Origin: Thermoproteota archaeon
GTDB taxonomy: Archaea > Thermoproteota > Methanomethylicia > Methanomethylicales > Methanomethylicaceae
NCBI GenBank assembly: GCA_020832905.1
Contig: JAJHRG010000001.1
Coordinates: 564,940-628,939 of the forward strand
Reading direction: 5' to 3'
DNA length: 64,000 bases
The translations under genes and the position numbers were made by a program. Under the pieces are notes generated by a model. That model saw only the letters and a program-made list of their open reading frames with translations. It searched no databases and was not told the DNA's origin. Shown here piece after piece: positions 48,778 to 59,493 of this stretch. Numbering within the stretch: position 1 is the first letter of the stretch; the number at the start of each line of letters is the position of its first letter.

Positions 48778-49101
48778 TTATAAAATTTTTTTAAAATATT
48801 TTGAAGCATTCATTAAAATAGCTGATGTTTTAATTTTTTCATTAAATTCTTTTTTAGTTAAAGGAATAACTTCAATATGTGGTCTAATTTTCATTTCCCA
48901 TTGAATTTTTTCCATTATATCTAATCTTTTTATATATGGAATTTCATTAAAATCCTCAGAAATAATTATTAAATCAATATCACTATTTTTTAACCAATCT
49001 CCTCTTACTCTACTTCCAAAAATATAAACTTCATCAATTTTTATTTTCTTAGATAATTCACTTAAAAATAATTTTATTTTTTCTCCAATATCTTCTTGCA
49101 C
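48778..49101 (-). CDS. minimal nucleotidyltransferase (MNT-type antitoxin)
   Basis: GSRVRGDWLKNSDIDLIII (GSxxRG...DxD). Confidence 0.85.
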   Translation of the reverse strand: MQEDIGEKIKLFLSELSKKIKIDEVYIFGSRVRGDWLKNSDIDLIIISEDFNEIPYIKRLDIMEKIQWEMKIRPHIEVIPLTKKEFNEKIKTSAILMNASKYFKKIL

Positions 49102-49469
49102 TCTTCTATCACCATTTCTGCAATTTTAATAGCTCTTTGAGCTTCTTCCATATCTACTGATTGACTTGGTAATCCATTTGCAGCATCTGGATATCTTGTT
49201 ACTGTATAATATTTATTTAAAATATACAAGCTTTCTTCATTTTCAATTTTAAAACCACTTTCCTTTAGTAATAAATATAATTCAGTAACTGAATGAATTT
49301 TTGGAGGTTCTTCTCTTCTTAAAATAAAAAATAATGATTTTAATGCTTTTTCAACACATTGTTGTGAGAAAAAAGCAGCTCTAAACCATCTTCTTCTATT
49401 AAAAGCATCTTTTGCATCTTCTAAATCTTCATATGCTGCTTGAAACCATAGTAATACTTCTCTTCTCAT
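49074..49469 (-). CDS. HEPN-domain protein (toxin partner of MNT)
   Basis: Rx4-6H motif (RREEPPKIH) and the YYTVTRYPD block. It overlaps the MNT gene by 28 nt. Confidence 0.8.
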   Translation of the reverse strand: MRREVLLWFQAAYEDLEDAKDAFNRRRWFRAAFFSQQCVEKALKSLFFILRREEPPKIHSVTELYLLLKESGFKIENEESLYILNKYYTVTRYPDAANGLPSQSVDMEEAQRAIKIAEMVIEECKKILEKK

Positions 49470-49520
49470 TTAATATTAATTATGAAAATACTAATATTTT
49501 AGAGATTCTGTTTAAACTAT

Positions 49521-50372
49521 ATGGAAGATGAACATATAATAGAAGCTTTAGGAAAAACAAGAATTATCATAAGAAATGGAAAAATAGTAGAAATTGGAGA
49601 ACCAATGATAAGATCATGTCCATTAGCAAAAAGATTTTTAAAACCAGTAATAAATTTTACAAAAGATGAAATTAGAGATAATATAGAATTTCGTATTAAA
49701 GAATTTGGAATGTGTACTAAGAATAGAAAAGTAATTCTTAAGGAAGATTTTGTTCCATTTGGTTCTTCTGAATTAATAAGCTTTGGAATTAGAAATTCAT
49801 TAATTGATAGTGCTGTAATAGTATGTGATGGAGCTGGTACAGTTATTACAAATAATCCATGGCTTGTACAGGGAATAGGTGGAAGAATGTCAGGATTAAT
49901 AAAAACAAGTCCAATAAAAGAAGTTATTGAAAGAATAGAAAGAGAAGATGGTATTGTATTAGATAAGGAAAAAGCAATAATTAATCAAATTGCTGGTGTA
50001 GAGTTAGCATATAAAATGGGATTTAAAAATGTAGCAGTTACTGTTATAAATGCAGATGATGCTGAAATTATAAGATCAAAATTTAAAAACACATGGATAT
50101 TTGCAACACATCTTACAGGAATTTCAAAAGAAGAAGCTGAAAGATTAACAAATGTTTGTGATTTTATAACTGCATGTGCATCAAAATGGATTCGTGAAAT
50201 TTCAAGTAAAAAAGCAATAATGCAAGCAGGAATTTCTATACCAGTATTTATAATGAGTAAAAGAGGAAGAGATTTATTATTAGATAAATTAAAAGAATTA
50301 AATCAACAATTTATTGTAAAAATAGGTAATCTTCCATATATTAAAGAAAATCAACCTTATCCTCTTGTATGA
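49521..50372 (+). CDS. conserved archaeal protein, possibly DUF2099 (methanogenesis-marker-8-like) family
   Basis: 283 aa. The CPLAKRF, VCDGAGTVI and VQGIGGRMSGL blocks match my recollection of DUF2099. This is not verified. Confidence 0.4.
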   Translation: MEDEHIIEALGKTRIIIRNGKIVEIGEPMIRSCPLAKRFLKPVINFTKDEIRDNIEFRIKEFGMCTKNRKVILKEDFVPFGSSELISFGIRNSLIDSAVIVCDGAGTVITNNPWLVQGIGGRMSGLIKTSPIKEVIERIEREDGIVLDKEKAIINQIAGVELAYKMGFKNVAVTVINADDAEIIRSKFKNTWIFATHLTGISKEEAERLTNVCDFITACASKWIREISSKKAIMQAGISIPVFIMSKRGRDLLLDKLKELNQQFIVKIGNLPYIKENQPYPLV

Positions 50373-51130
50373 TTAATTAATATCCATTCATTTTTTATTT
50401 TTTTAATTTTACCTTCTTTTTTTAATTCTCTTAAAATAGGAATTATAATACTTTTATCTACTTTTATTATATTTGCAATTTCTGAAGAAGTTAATGATTT
50501 ATTTTCTAATATACTTAAAATAATATTTTTTAAATATTTTGATCTTGATGTTTTGGATATATTTTCTCTTAATGAATATATCTTATTTGGAATTCCAAAA
50601 ACTAACTTACCATTATTAAGTCTATAAAGCTTAATTATTTCTCCTTTTAATAATAATTTTCTAATTTGTGATTTTATAGTCTTCTCATTAAATCTTAATT
50701 TTAATTTATCAATAATTTCATTAGTAGTAAGAGCCTCATCTTTAATTATTTCTAGTATTGAATTTCTACATTCTTTTGCTATTATTTTACTCTTTACATT
50801 CTTTTTAGTATTATTATTTATTTCATATATATCTTCACCATTAATTACTTTAATTACTCCATCATCATCTTTTACTATATAAATTGAAAAACTAGTTGCT
50901 AAATCAATAAGTTCTAAATCAATAGGTTTTTTTAAGAATAATATTGTTTTTGCATATAATGTTTTTTGTAAATCTAATAATTTAACAATTTTTTCATAAA
51001 ATTCTTTTTTCTTATTTAATAATTCTATAACAATAGGTGGAGGACCTTCATAATAATAATCTATAATCCACTTTTTTGCTCCTATTATTTCTATTTTTTC
51101 TTTCCATGGAAGAATTTTCAACCATTCCAT
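50357..51130 (-). CDS. hypothetical protein with two C-terminal winged-helix-like modules
   Basis: LTTNEIIDKL...IRKLLLKGEI and LTSSEIANII...ILRELKKEGKI repeats. Confidence 0.45.
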   Translation of the reverse strand: MEWLKILPWKEKIEIIGAKKWIIDYYYEGPPPIVIELLNKKKEFYEKIVKLLDLQKTLYAKTILFLKKPIDLELIDLATSFSIYIVKDDDGVIKVINGEDIYEINNNTKKNVKSKIIAKECRNSILEIIKDEALTTNEIIDKLKLRFNEKTIKSQIRKLLLKGEIIKLYRLNNGKLVFGIPNKIYSLRENISKTSRSKYLKNIILSILENKSLTSSEIANIIKVDKSIIIPILRELKKEGKIKKIKNEWILINHTRG

Positions 51131-51193
51131 AGAATATTATAAGATCTTAAAATAAAAAAGTTTATTAATTGGATGGATAATCTATCCGTATAG

Positions 51194-51763
51194 ATGACAT
51201 ATTTAGAAAGATTATTACCAACATCAAGAAGAATTGCATACATAGGAATACTTACTTCTCTAGCTATTCTTCTAAGAGTAATAAAACATATGATAATAGG
51301 ACCAATACAATTTATAAATTTTCCAGCAGCTTTTACAATTATAGGTAGTTGTTTACTTGGTCCTATAACTGGTCTTATTATTGGATTTTCATCTTATTTT
51401 ATTTCAGATATAATGATAGGATTACCTGGATTATGGACATTTACAAATGGTTTTCTCATGGGATTTTTTGGTATAATCAATGGATTAATATGGGGAAGAA
51501 ATAAAAATTATAATAAAATTGGAATTGCAATTAGTAGTTACATAATTTTATTTTCATTTGATATCTTAAGCTCATGGATATTATATATTTTAATGGGATT
51601 TGATTGGATTTATGCATTAATAATAAGTATTATTGGATTATTTTTACCAGTTGCTGGTGGATTTTTATATGCAATTGGTCCAATAACAGAATTCATTACT
51701 ATTTTATTAATTATTTCAATAATTCATATAATTAGAAAAAATAATATTTTTAGAATTTTGTAA
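51194..51763 (+). CDS. ECF-transporter S-component-like membrane protein
   Basis: 189 aa with 5-6 TM helices. The convergent partner is a DUF4430-like protein. Confidence 0.45.
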   Translation: MTYLERLLPTSRRIAYIGILTSLAILLRVIKHMIIGPIQFINFPAAFTIIGSCLLGPITGLIIGFSSYFISDIMIGLPGLWTFTNGFLMGFFGIINGLIWGRNKNYNKIGIAISSYIILFSFDILSSWILYILMGFDWIYALIISIIGLFLPVAGGFLYAIGPITEFITILLIISIIHIIRKNNIFRIL

Positions 51764-52199
51764 GCTCCCATTTTATTATTTCATTATTTTTCAAAATGTA
51801 TTGATCTGAACCAATAGGACCAAATTCCCAAGTATTATTAGCATATCTATACCAAATCCAATACTTTCCTTCTTTAGGATTTTCAGATACTCCATTTATT
51901 GATGTTATGTATATACCAAATGGATATACTTTATATTCAATTTTACATAATTTTACTGTTGCATTAAATAAAGACCATCCATTAGGAATATATGTATTAT
52001 TATACCAAATAATTGTTCCATTGCCATAGCTTATAGCAATATTAACTTTAATAGCAACATCAGAAATAATTGATTGAAGATTTTCTATTGTAGTTTGTTG
52101 TTTTTGTGATATTTGATAGTAATTAACAAAACCTGTTGTTGCTATAATTGCCCATATTAAAAATATAATAGATGTAATAGCCCATAGATTTATCTTCAT
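51750..52199 (-). CDS. DUF4430-like (transcobalamin beta-domain-like) membrane-anchored protein
   Basis: N-terminal TM anchor, then GIYITSINGVSENPKEGKYWIWYRYANN...NNEIIKWEL, matching the DUF4430 pattern. Confidence 0.6.
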   Translation of the reverse strand: MKINLWAITSIIFLIWAIIATTGFVNYYQISQKQQTTIENLQSIISDVAIKVNIAISYGNGTIIWYNNTYIPNGWSLFNATVKLCKIEYKVYPFGIYITSINGVSENPKEGKYWIWYRYANNTWEFGPIGSDQYILKNNEIIKWELTKF

Positions 52200-52271
52200 A
52201 ATATCCCCATTTGGATAGTTAATCCATCCTAATATTTAAATTTTTTATATATGTTATTTTTATTTTAAACT

Positions 52272-53447
52272 ATGAATAAAATAATAGTCATACCATTAGC
52301 TTCAAAAATTCATAGTAATTATGAAAATATTTTTAAGATATTTAAAGAAAAACTTGAAAATTATAATATTTTAGATATTATTGATTCTGAAGATAAATTA
52401 AATGATAAAATTGAAATAATAAAAAATTCTTTTCCAATATTTTTAATTCTTACAGGAGGAACAAGTCCATTAGCTTCTATAATAATAAATAAATGTAATA
52501 TTAAAAAAGGATTAATATTAGCACATTCAAAAAATAATAGCTTAGCATCAGCAATTTCAATAAGAAATAAAATTAATTCAAGAATTTATCTTCTTGATAA
52601 TGAAATTAATAAAGCAATTAAAATTATTAAAGCATTAAGTAAATTAATTAATATTAAAATAGGAATAATAAGTGAAAATTTACCTAACGATGTAAATAAA
52701 ATTAAGGAATTATTAGATTGTAATATTGAATTAATTAATTATAATGAAATTAAAATTGAAGAAAAACTTGATTATAATTTAATAAAAAATATTGATATAG
52801 AAAATACTAATGAAGATTTACTTAAAAAAGCTATTGGTATATATAATTCAATTAAAAAAATAGTAGAAGAAAGAAAAATTAATGCTTTAGCAATTGATTG
52901 TTTTCCATTTTTAATTAAATATAAAATAACTCCATGTTTAGCAGTATCTTTACTTAATGATGAGGGTATTATTACTGCATGTGAAGCAGATTTAAGATCT
53001 TTATTCTTAATGCTTATTATAAATTCATTATATAATATTCCTTCATGGATTGCAAATATTGCATTAGTAAAAGAAAATAAAGTTATATTTTCACATTGTA
53101 CTATTGCTACAAAATTGGTAGAAAAATGTAAATTAGTTAATCACTATGAATCTAATTATCCATATTCACTTTCATGTAAATTAAAAAGTGGATTTTATTC
53201 AATATTATCAATAGATAGAAATTTTGAAAAAATTGCAATAATAAAAGCAAATCTTTTAGAAAGTGGAATGATTAGAAATGATATGTGTAGAACTCAAGCA
53301 CTTTTTGAAATAAATTTAAAAGATTTTCATAATATTGCTTTAAGTAATCATCATGTATTAGTTCCTTTTGATATTGAAGATGATTTAAAGGAATTAGCAA
53401 GTATACTTGGAATTAAGCTATTAAATTATGAAAGATTAGTACATTAG
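52272..53447 (+). CDS. hypothetical protein, possibly L-fucose/arabinose isomerase-like
   Basis: 391 aa. The ITACEADLRSL block is reminiscent of the sugar isomerase family. Weak assignment. Confidence 0.3.
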   Translation: MNKIIVIPLASKIHSNYENIFKIFKEKLENYNILDIIDSEDKLNDKIEIIKNSFPIFLILTGGTSPLASIIINKCNIKKGLILAHSKNNSLASAISIRNKINSRIYLLDNEINKAIKIIKALSKLINIKIGIISENLPNDVNKIKELLDCNIELINYNEIKIEEKLDYNLIKNIDIENTNEDLLKKAIGIYNSIKKIVEERKINALAIDCFPFLIKYKITPCLAVSLLNDEGIITACEADLRSLFLMLIINSLYNIPSWIANIALVKENKVIFSHCTIATKLVEKCKLVNHYESNYPYSLSCKLKSGFYSILSIDRNFEKIAIIKANLLESGMIRNDMCRTQALFEINLKDFHNIALSNHHVLVPFDIEDDLKELASILGIKLLNYERLVH

Positions 53448-53710
53448 CTCACTTTTTCTCTTCTGATGGAATATATTCAATTTTTCCAGTTATTCCTATA
53501 CTACCTATTTCTGTACCACCAATTACTATTTTTAAATTTGTTTCAATATTCCATATTCTTTTTTTAGATAGTAAAATCTCAATAAGATCAATAAGAGTCT
53601 TTTGCATCATAATTAAATATTCTATAGCATAGAATTTAAGAATTTTTATAGAATAAAATAAATGTTCATTGTCCATTTTGTCTACTGTAATTAACAAAAT
53701 TTAAATATTT

Positions 53711-55225
53711 TTGTCTGTTAAAATTAACAATATGGTTGAAATTTTAAAAATTATAGAGCAAAATCCATGGTGGAAGGGAAAAGAATTTCCATTTTGGAAA
53801 TATGATGAACAATTAAATAATTATGAAAATGCTAAATTTAAAATTAAAAGAAATTTTATTTCTTCTCAATGTAATAATATATATTCTATTTCAGGTCCTA
53901 GACAATCTGGTAAAACCACATGGATGAAATTAATGATTCTTAATATTTTAAAATCAAAAGAAGTTAATCCTTCTAGTATTTGTTATTTTTCATGTGATAC
54001 TCTTCTTTCAAGATCAAGAAAAGAATTGAGAAAAGTAATAGATTATTTCTTAGAAAAATTAGAAAAATTTAATGAAGGTTATATATTTTTAGATGAAATA
54101 AGTTATGTTCATGATTGGGCTTTTGAAATAAAAAATCTTGTAGATATGGGAAAAATTAGTAAAATTCATTTCTTTATTTCAGGATCACCTTTAGGTATAA
54201 GAGAAATAGAATTTCTTCCAGGTAGACATATAGAAGGCAATAGATATTTCTTAAAACCACTTAGCTTTAGAGAATTTATTTTAAATTTAGATGAAAACTC
54301 TATTCCTTTATTAACTAAAAATGAAAAAATTAAAGGAGGAATGATGATTTTAAAGAAAAAATTAAGAGAGAATTATTTAACATTAGAAGAATCTTTTGAG
54401 TTAATAAAAGAAAAACTTGAATTAATTCTACCATTTAAAGATGTATTAGATTTTTTATTAGGCTTCTATTTAAGAACTGGAGGATTTCCAAATTCAATAG
54501 AAAATTATCTTAGAGAGGGAGTAATAGATAAGAGAAATTATGAAACAATAGTTAATATTATTTTAAGTGATATTTCTAAGCGTAATAAATCAGAAGATAT
54601 AGCAAAGCAAATTTTTTATGCAATAATAAAAAGAATGGGATCATCTTATGATTTTAGAGCATTAACAAAAGATACTGAAGAAGGAATTAATGTTAATACA
54701 ATTATAGATTATTTAAAGATATTTGAAGATTCTTTTTTAATAAAAATTCTTTATTCTTATGATTTTGAGAAAAAACAAAAAAGACCAAAAGGAAATAAAA
54801 AAATTTACTTTACAGATCCATTTTTATTTTATTCAATATTAAGTTGGATAGAAGGAAAAAATGGTTTTGAAGTTACAGAAAATATATTATCTCAAGAAGA
54901 AAAAATCTCTATAATTTTAGAGTCTATTGTATTTTCTTCATTAGAAAGAATAAAAGAAATTCCTTTAATAAGAGATAGCTCAACTTTTCTTTGGTTTTAC
55001 TATGATAAGAGAAGAGAAATTGATTTTATCTTTAAGAGAGAAGATGGAAATTATTTAGGAATTGAAGTAAAATATAAGCCTGAAGTTTCTAAAAGAATAG
55101 AAATTAATAAAGTAAAAAATTATATTATTCTCAGTAAGGATACTTTTGAATTAGAAGATAGAATTGTAATTGTTCCTATTAGTATATTTCTTGCTCTTAT
55201 AAAGAGTTCTGATTTTCATTTATAA
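53711..55225 (+). CDS. AAA-superfamily ATPase with C-terminal DUF4143-type (endonuclease-like) domain
   Basis: NPWW, Walker A GPRQSGKTT, Walker B IFLDEI, C-terminal EIDFI...GIEVK. The start is likelier the ATG at 53741. Confidence 0.82.
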   Translation: MSVKINNMVEILKIIEQNPWWKGKEFPFWKYDEQLNNYENAKFKIKRNFISSQCNNIYSISGPRQSGKTTWMKLMILNILKSKEVNPSSICYFSCDTLLSRSRKELRKVIDYFLEKLEKFNEGYIFLDEISYVHDWAFEIKNLVDMGKISKIHFFISGSPLGIREIEFLPGRHIEGNRYFLKPLSFREFILNLDENSIPLLTKNEKIKGGMMILKKKLRENYLTLEESFELIKEKLELILPFKDVLDFLLGFYLRTGGFPNSIENYLREGVIDKRNYETIVNIILSDISKRNKSEDIAKQIFYAIIKRMGSSYDFRALTKDTEEGINVNTIIDYLKIFEDSFLIKILYSYDFEKKQKRPKGNKKIYFTDPFLFYSILSWIEGKNGFEVTENILSQEEKISIILESIVFSSLERIKEIPLIRDSSTFLWFYYDKRREIDFIFKREDGNYLGIEVKYKPEVSKRIEINKVKNYIILSKDTFELEDRIVIVPISIFLALIKSSDFHL

Positions 55226-55230
55226 AATAA

Positions 55231-56178
55231 TTATTGAAATTTACTTACAACCTGGCTTATTGTACCATTTACAAATAAAGTATAACTACCATCAGTCACA
55301 TTTATTTTATATAGTGCCATATTAGTAATTGCTCCTGCAGTATCTGACCAATAATTTGAATATGCTTGTAACTCTGAAAGAGCTTCTTTTGATGTTATCA
55401 TATCTTCAGATTTTGTTAGATAATGTCCAGCAGGATCTATTATGCAGAGCTTTCCGCCTTGAACTGGTAAAATTACTGAAAGGTGCTCATCACCTTTTGA
55501 AAATTTAATAAGTGCTATGTATAAGTCATGTTCTGTACCATTAATATACCTCATATAATACTTTATCATAGCATAAGCAAGAATTGCTTGATCATCACAA
55601 TCACCTTGTTTTATCTTTAGTGTTAACTCTGAAGTTTGAACATATTGTTCTATAGTTTTTACTTCATCATAGAATTTTGTTACATATTCTTTTCCATCAT
55701 AAGTAACACTCCAATATGTGGAAATGTATGGCATTTCAATATCATAAGCATATTTAATATTTGTAGTAATATAGTCATAGATTTTCTGTATGGATACCCA
55801 TAGATTCGATGGTACAACTCCTGCATTTATTACTGCATTTGAAGTTTTCTTAATAGCATCTTCATTAAGTACGCGAGGAAATGCTTCTGGAATACCAATA
55901 TATGAATAAATAAGATTTTTAAATTTTAATACATCATTACTTAAATTTCCATAATATTCCTTCATTTGTAGAAGTGTAGAATATTCAGATTTTAATGAAG
56001 TATAGTTCATCATCAGATCGTTATACTTTGTACTTAATTCATTATAATTATTATATAGTGTTTTATAATTATCATAAACGACTTGGTAATTGTTATATAG
56101 AGTTATGTTAAAACTTATTGAGAAAACTATTATAATGAGAAATATTATTGCTATGCTTTTGTATTTACTATATAACAT
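55231..56178 (-). CDS. membrane-anchored transglutaminase-like cysteine protease-fold protein
   Basis: N-terminal TM, a Tyr/Asn-rich coiled region (YNNY repeats), then QGDCDDQAILAYAM (Cys), EHLSVILPV (His) and IIDPAG (Asp). Confidence 0.5.
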   Translation of the reverse strand: MLYSKYKSIAIIFLIIIVFSISFNITLYNNYQVVYDNYKTLYNNYNELSTKYNDLMMNYTSLKSEYSTLLQMKEYYGNLSNDVLKFKNLIYSYIGIPEAFPRVLNEDAIKKTSNAVINAGVVPSNLWVSIQKIYDYITTNIKYAYDIEMPYISTYWSVTYDGKEYVTKFYDEVKTIEQYVQTSELTLKIKQGDCDDQAILAYAMIKYYMRYINGTEHDLYIALIKFSKGDEHLSVILPVQGGKLCIIDPAGHYLTKSEDMITSKEALSELQAYSNYWSDTAGAITNMALYKINVTDGSYTLFVNGTISQVVSKFQ

Positions 56179-56562
56179 TTATATCACCTCGATATTCATT
56201 AAGCATTTATTTTTTAGTATTTTTTACTGAACAATAAATATAATTGAAATAATAGAGCTATGAAAATCATTATAGGTAATAAATTTAACATAAAAAACAT
56301 TAAGCAAATTTGAAATGCCATAATGACTTTAATACTTTTTGGAAAATTCTTCAATTTAGTATTTTTCGAATAGAATTTGCTGTTTAGCTGTTAAATCAAT
56401 CATTCTTTTTGGCATTTATTATACCTCTATTTATCTTATTTTTTATTATGTAGATTTTTTATTATTAGATTAACACATAGCTTATTTTACATTTATTTGT
56501 ATTTCTAAATAATTTTTATAAAAACATATAACTAAAAAAAAAAAAAAAACAAATAGATTATT

Positions 56563-58632
56563 ATGCAAGATCATAAAATAAAAATTCCCGGCATGATCTA
56601 TATATTCATTTCCTTTATTCCATGGATTATGTATTGGATATTATGTGGGTTTGAAAATATCCTAGGTATTGTTATTCCTTTTTTATTTTCCTTATTCCTA
56701 ATAATCCTTCAAATCTATGAAAGAGAATTCAATTTAATGGATATTATTTCTATGATTTATTTTAGTATTTCTTTAGTAATTACTTTTATTTTTAAGTTAA
56801 ATATATTCATAGAAAAGAGTGGTCTTTTGGGATATTTTGCTTTATTTTTCATGTCATTATTCTCTCTAATTATTAAAAGACCTTATACCCTACAAGTTTC
56901 TAAAAGAGATTATCCAGAAATATATTGGAAAGATGAAAGATTTTTAAAAATCAATAACATAATAACAGAAGTTTGGACTATTATTTTCCTAATAAATGCC
57001 CTTATATTTTTTATTATGAGTAATTATGTTACAATAATTATTTCAAATACTTTAATAGTCTTTGGTATAATCTTTTCAATATTATTTCCTACAAAGGCAC
57101 CTGCATATTTTGTTTCAAAAGAATTTAAAAAATATGACTGGAATGTTAAAATTGATTCTAAAAAAGATTCTAAAAAAGAAAATGAATATGATGTTATAAT
57201 AATTGGATCTGGAATTGGAGGATTAACATGTGGTGCTTTGCTTTCAAAAAGAGGATATAAAGTATTAGTTTTAGAGCAACACTATCAAGTTGGTGGTTAT
57301 TGTTCTTCTTTTAAGAGAAAGGAATTTGTTTTCAATACTGGAGTGGAAGATGTAAGTGGATTATGGGAGAAAGGACCTATTACATATCTTTTGAAAGAAT
57401 TTGGATTAAAAAAAGATGATTTATTTGTTAGAAATACTATGAGATATATTTTTAAAGGTGAGAAAATTGATATTCCTCATGATTTAAATGAATTTATAAA
57501 ATTACTTTCAGAGAGATTTCCAGAGGAAAAAGAAAACATAATTGCTTTTTTCAATGAGGCTAAAAAAGCTTATGAAGAATGTTATAAAGATAGTGAAATT
57601 TATGGCGTTCCTTTACCTGCTGAGCTTATTGTAAAGGTTTTTGGAGCAAAGAAATTATTGAATTATCCTAAAGAACATCCTCATTTTTATGATTGGATGA
57701 ATAAGACCTTTAAGCAAAAACTTGATGAATTTTTTAAAAATGAAGATTTAAAAAGAATTCTTAGTGCTTTATTAGCCTATACTGGAACAGCACCAGATAA
57801 AACCCTTGCAAGTAGTGCGCTTACAGCAAATATTTCTTATTATATTTATGGAGGTTATTCTATAAAAGGAGGAGCACAAAATTTTGCTAATATATTAAAG
57901 AATATTATTGAAAATAATAATGGAAAAGTTTTATTAAATCATAAAGTAGATGAAATATTAGTTGAAAATGGAAAGGTTAAAGGAGTAAAAGTTAAAGATA
58001 AAATTTTCAAGAGCTCTATTATTGTTGCTAATGTAAATGCTAAGACTACATTTTTAGAGCTTATTAAAGAGAAAAATTTGGATAAGAATTTTATTAACTA
58101 TATAAAAAGCTTGAAAATGTCTCCTTCTTGCTTTATGGTATTTTTAGGAGTTGACATGGATTTATCTGAATATCCCATACTCATTAAAAATTTAGATGAT
58201 GGTTATGGAATTATTATTAATTCTAATGCGGATTCAAATCTAGCACCAAGAGGTAAATCAAGTATTACAATAATTACTTTTGCTAATTATTATGATTTTC
58301 CAGAGAGAGAAACAAAAGAATATTTGAAAAAGAAAAAAGAATATGCTGAGGAATTAATTAAAAAAGCTGAGAATATCATTCCTAATTTAAGTAAGCATAT
58401 AATTATTCAAGATGCTGCAACACCAAAAACTTTTGAGAGGTATACATCAATGCCAGAGGGTGCAATTTATGCTTTTGATCAATCAATTGAAACCAAAAGA
58501 CCTTACTTTAAAACACCAATAAAAGGTCTATATTTAGCAAGTGCCTCAACTTTTCCAGGTGGAGGAATAGAAGCAGTTGTAATATCGGGAATTATTTGTG
58601 CAAATGATATTTGTAATTGGAAATTGAAATAA
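56563..58632 (+). CDS. N-terminal multi-TM domain fused to a phytoene-desaturase (CrtI)-like FAD oxidoreductase
   Basis: About 190 aa of TM helices, then YDVIIIGSGIGGLTCGALLSKRGYKVLVLEQHYQVGG and a C-terminal GLYLASASTFPGGG block. Confidence 0.78.
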   Translation: MQDHKIKIPGMIYIFISFIPWIMYWILCGFENILGIVIPFLFSLFLIILQIYEREFNLMDIISMIYFSISLVITFIFKLNIFIEKSGLLGYFALFFMSLFSLIIKRPYTLQVSKRDYPEIYWKDERFLKINNIITEVWTIIFLINALIFFIMSNYVTIIISNTLIVFGIIFSILFPTKAPAYFVSKEFKKYDWNVKIDSKKDSKKENEYDVIIIGSGIGGLTCGALLSKRGYKVLVLEQHYQVGGYCSSFKRKEFVFNTGVEDVSGLWEKGPITYLLKEFGLKKDDLFVRNTMRYIFKGEKIDIPHDLNEFIKLLSERFPEEKENIIAFFNEAKKAYEECYKDSEIYGVPLPAELIVKVFGAKKLLNYPKEHPHFYDWMNKTFKQKLDEFFKNEDLKRILSALLAYTGTAPDKTLASSALTANISYYIYGGYSIKGGAQNFANILKNIIENNNGKVLLNHKVDEILVENGKVKGVKVKDKIFKSSIIVANVNAKTTFLELIKEKNLDKNFINYIKSLKMSPSCFMVFLGVDMDLSEYPILIKNLDDGYGIIINSNADSNLAPRGKSSITIITFANYYDFPERETKEYLKKKKEYAEELIKKAENIIPNLSKHIIIQDAATPKTFERYTSMPEGAIYAFDQSIETKRPYFKTPIKGLYLASASTFPGGGIEAVVISGIICANDICNWKLK

Positions 58633-58703
58633 TTAAAATATTCATTTACTGGGATAGTTATGTTATAAGTGAATGTTGAATGATTTTAAAATTATCTTAA
58701 TTG

Positions 58704-59366
58704 CTACGTGAAGAATACCAAGGAGAAACCTATAGCATCAATAAGCCAGTGAGCCATCATTAAAGGTATTAACTTTCTAGTTTTAACATATATAAAACCT
58801 GTTATGAGTCCAAAGATTAATGTGTATATTATGCCAGGTCCATGATAAAGGCCAAACAGTATTGCTTGAATAATAACTGCTATTACTGAATTATTTGCAA
58901 GTCTTTCAAATCTTGTTAGTAAATATCCCCTCCAGATGAACTCCTCACAAATACCAGCGATTATGGAGCCAATAGTAGCTAAATAGAGTGATGTATGTAG
59001 TGGTAATTTCTTAAGAATATTATTACCATCAAACATTAGTGATGTTACGTAACTTAAGAAGAAGGATATTATTACTAATCCAATAATTATAGATATTGTG
59101 AGTAGTAGTTTATCTTGCACACTACCAACTAATGCTTTAATATTCTCATTCTCATGCTTAAGGAATACATATGTTAAGTAAGTAAATAAAACATCGTAAA
59201 TACTCCATAGATACGGCCCATAAAGGAATACATAGTATGTTGGATTAGTAATGAACTCTTTAAAACCAACTAAAATTATTACAATGGCTGGAGTTAAGAT
59301 AGTATTAAATATTATAGGTAATACACTAAGGATTAAGACATGTGAGCAAATTGATTTCAAATTCAA
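58704..59366 (-). CDS. CPBP-family (CAAX-type) intramembrane metalloprotease
   Basis: EEFIWRGYL, FGLYH and AHWLID motifs. Confidence 0.85.
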   Translation of the reverse strand: MNLKSICSHVLILSVLPIIFNTILTPAIVIILVGFKEFITNPTYYVFLYGPYLWSIYDVLFTYLTYVFLKHENENIKALVGSVQDKLLLTISIIIGLVIISFFLSYVTSLMFDGNNILKKLPLHTSLYLATIGSIIAGICEEFIWRGYLLTRFERLANNSVIAVIIQAILFGLYHGPGIIYTLIFGLITGFIYVKTRKLIPLMMAHWLIDAIGFSLVFFT

Positions 59367-59493
59367 CCAAACCTCTAATGATGAGATTTATATAATATAT
59401 AAATTTTATAATTGTGATTAATTTATTTTTCTTATTAATGAAAAAATATTATAAAATAACTATATTATATTAATTATAATTAGGTGAAAAATA

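Noticed and set aside
53449-53697. 82-aa minus-strand ORF between the isomerase-like gene and the AAA ATPase gene
   Set aside because: It has no motif and no obvious SD, and it would leave almost no promoter space for the 53711 gene. It is possibly a remnant, and too weak to call.
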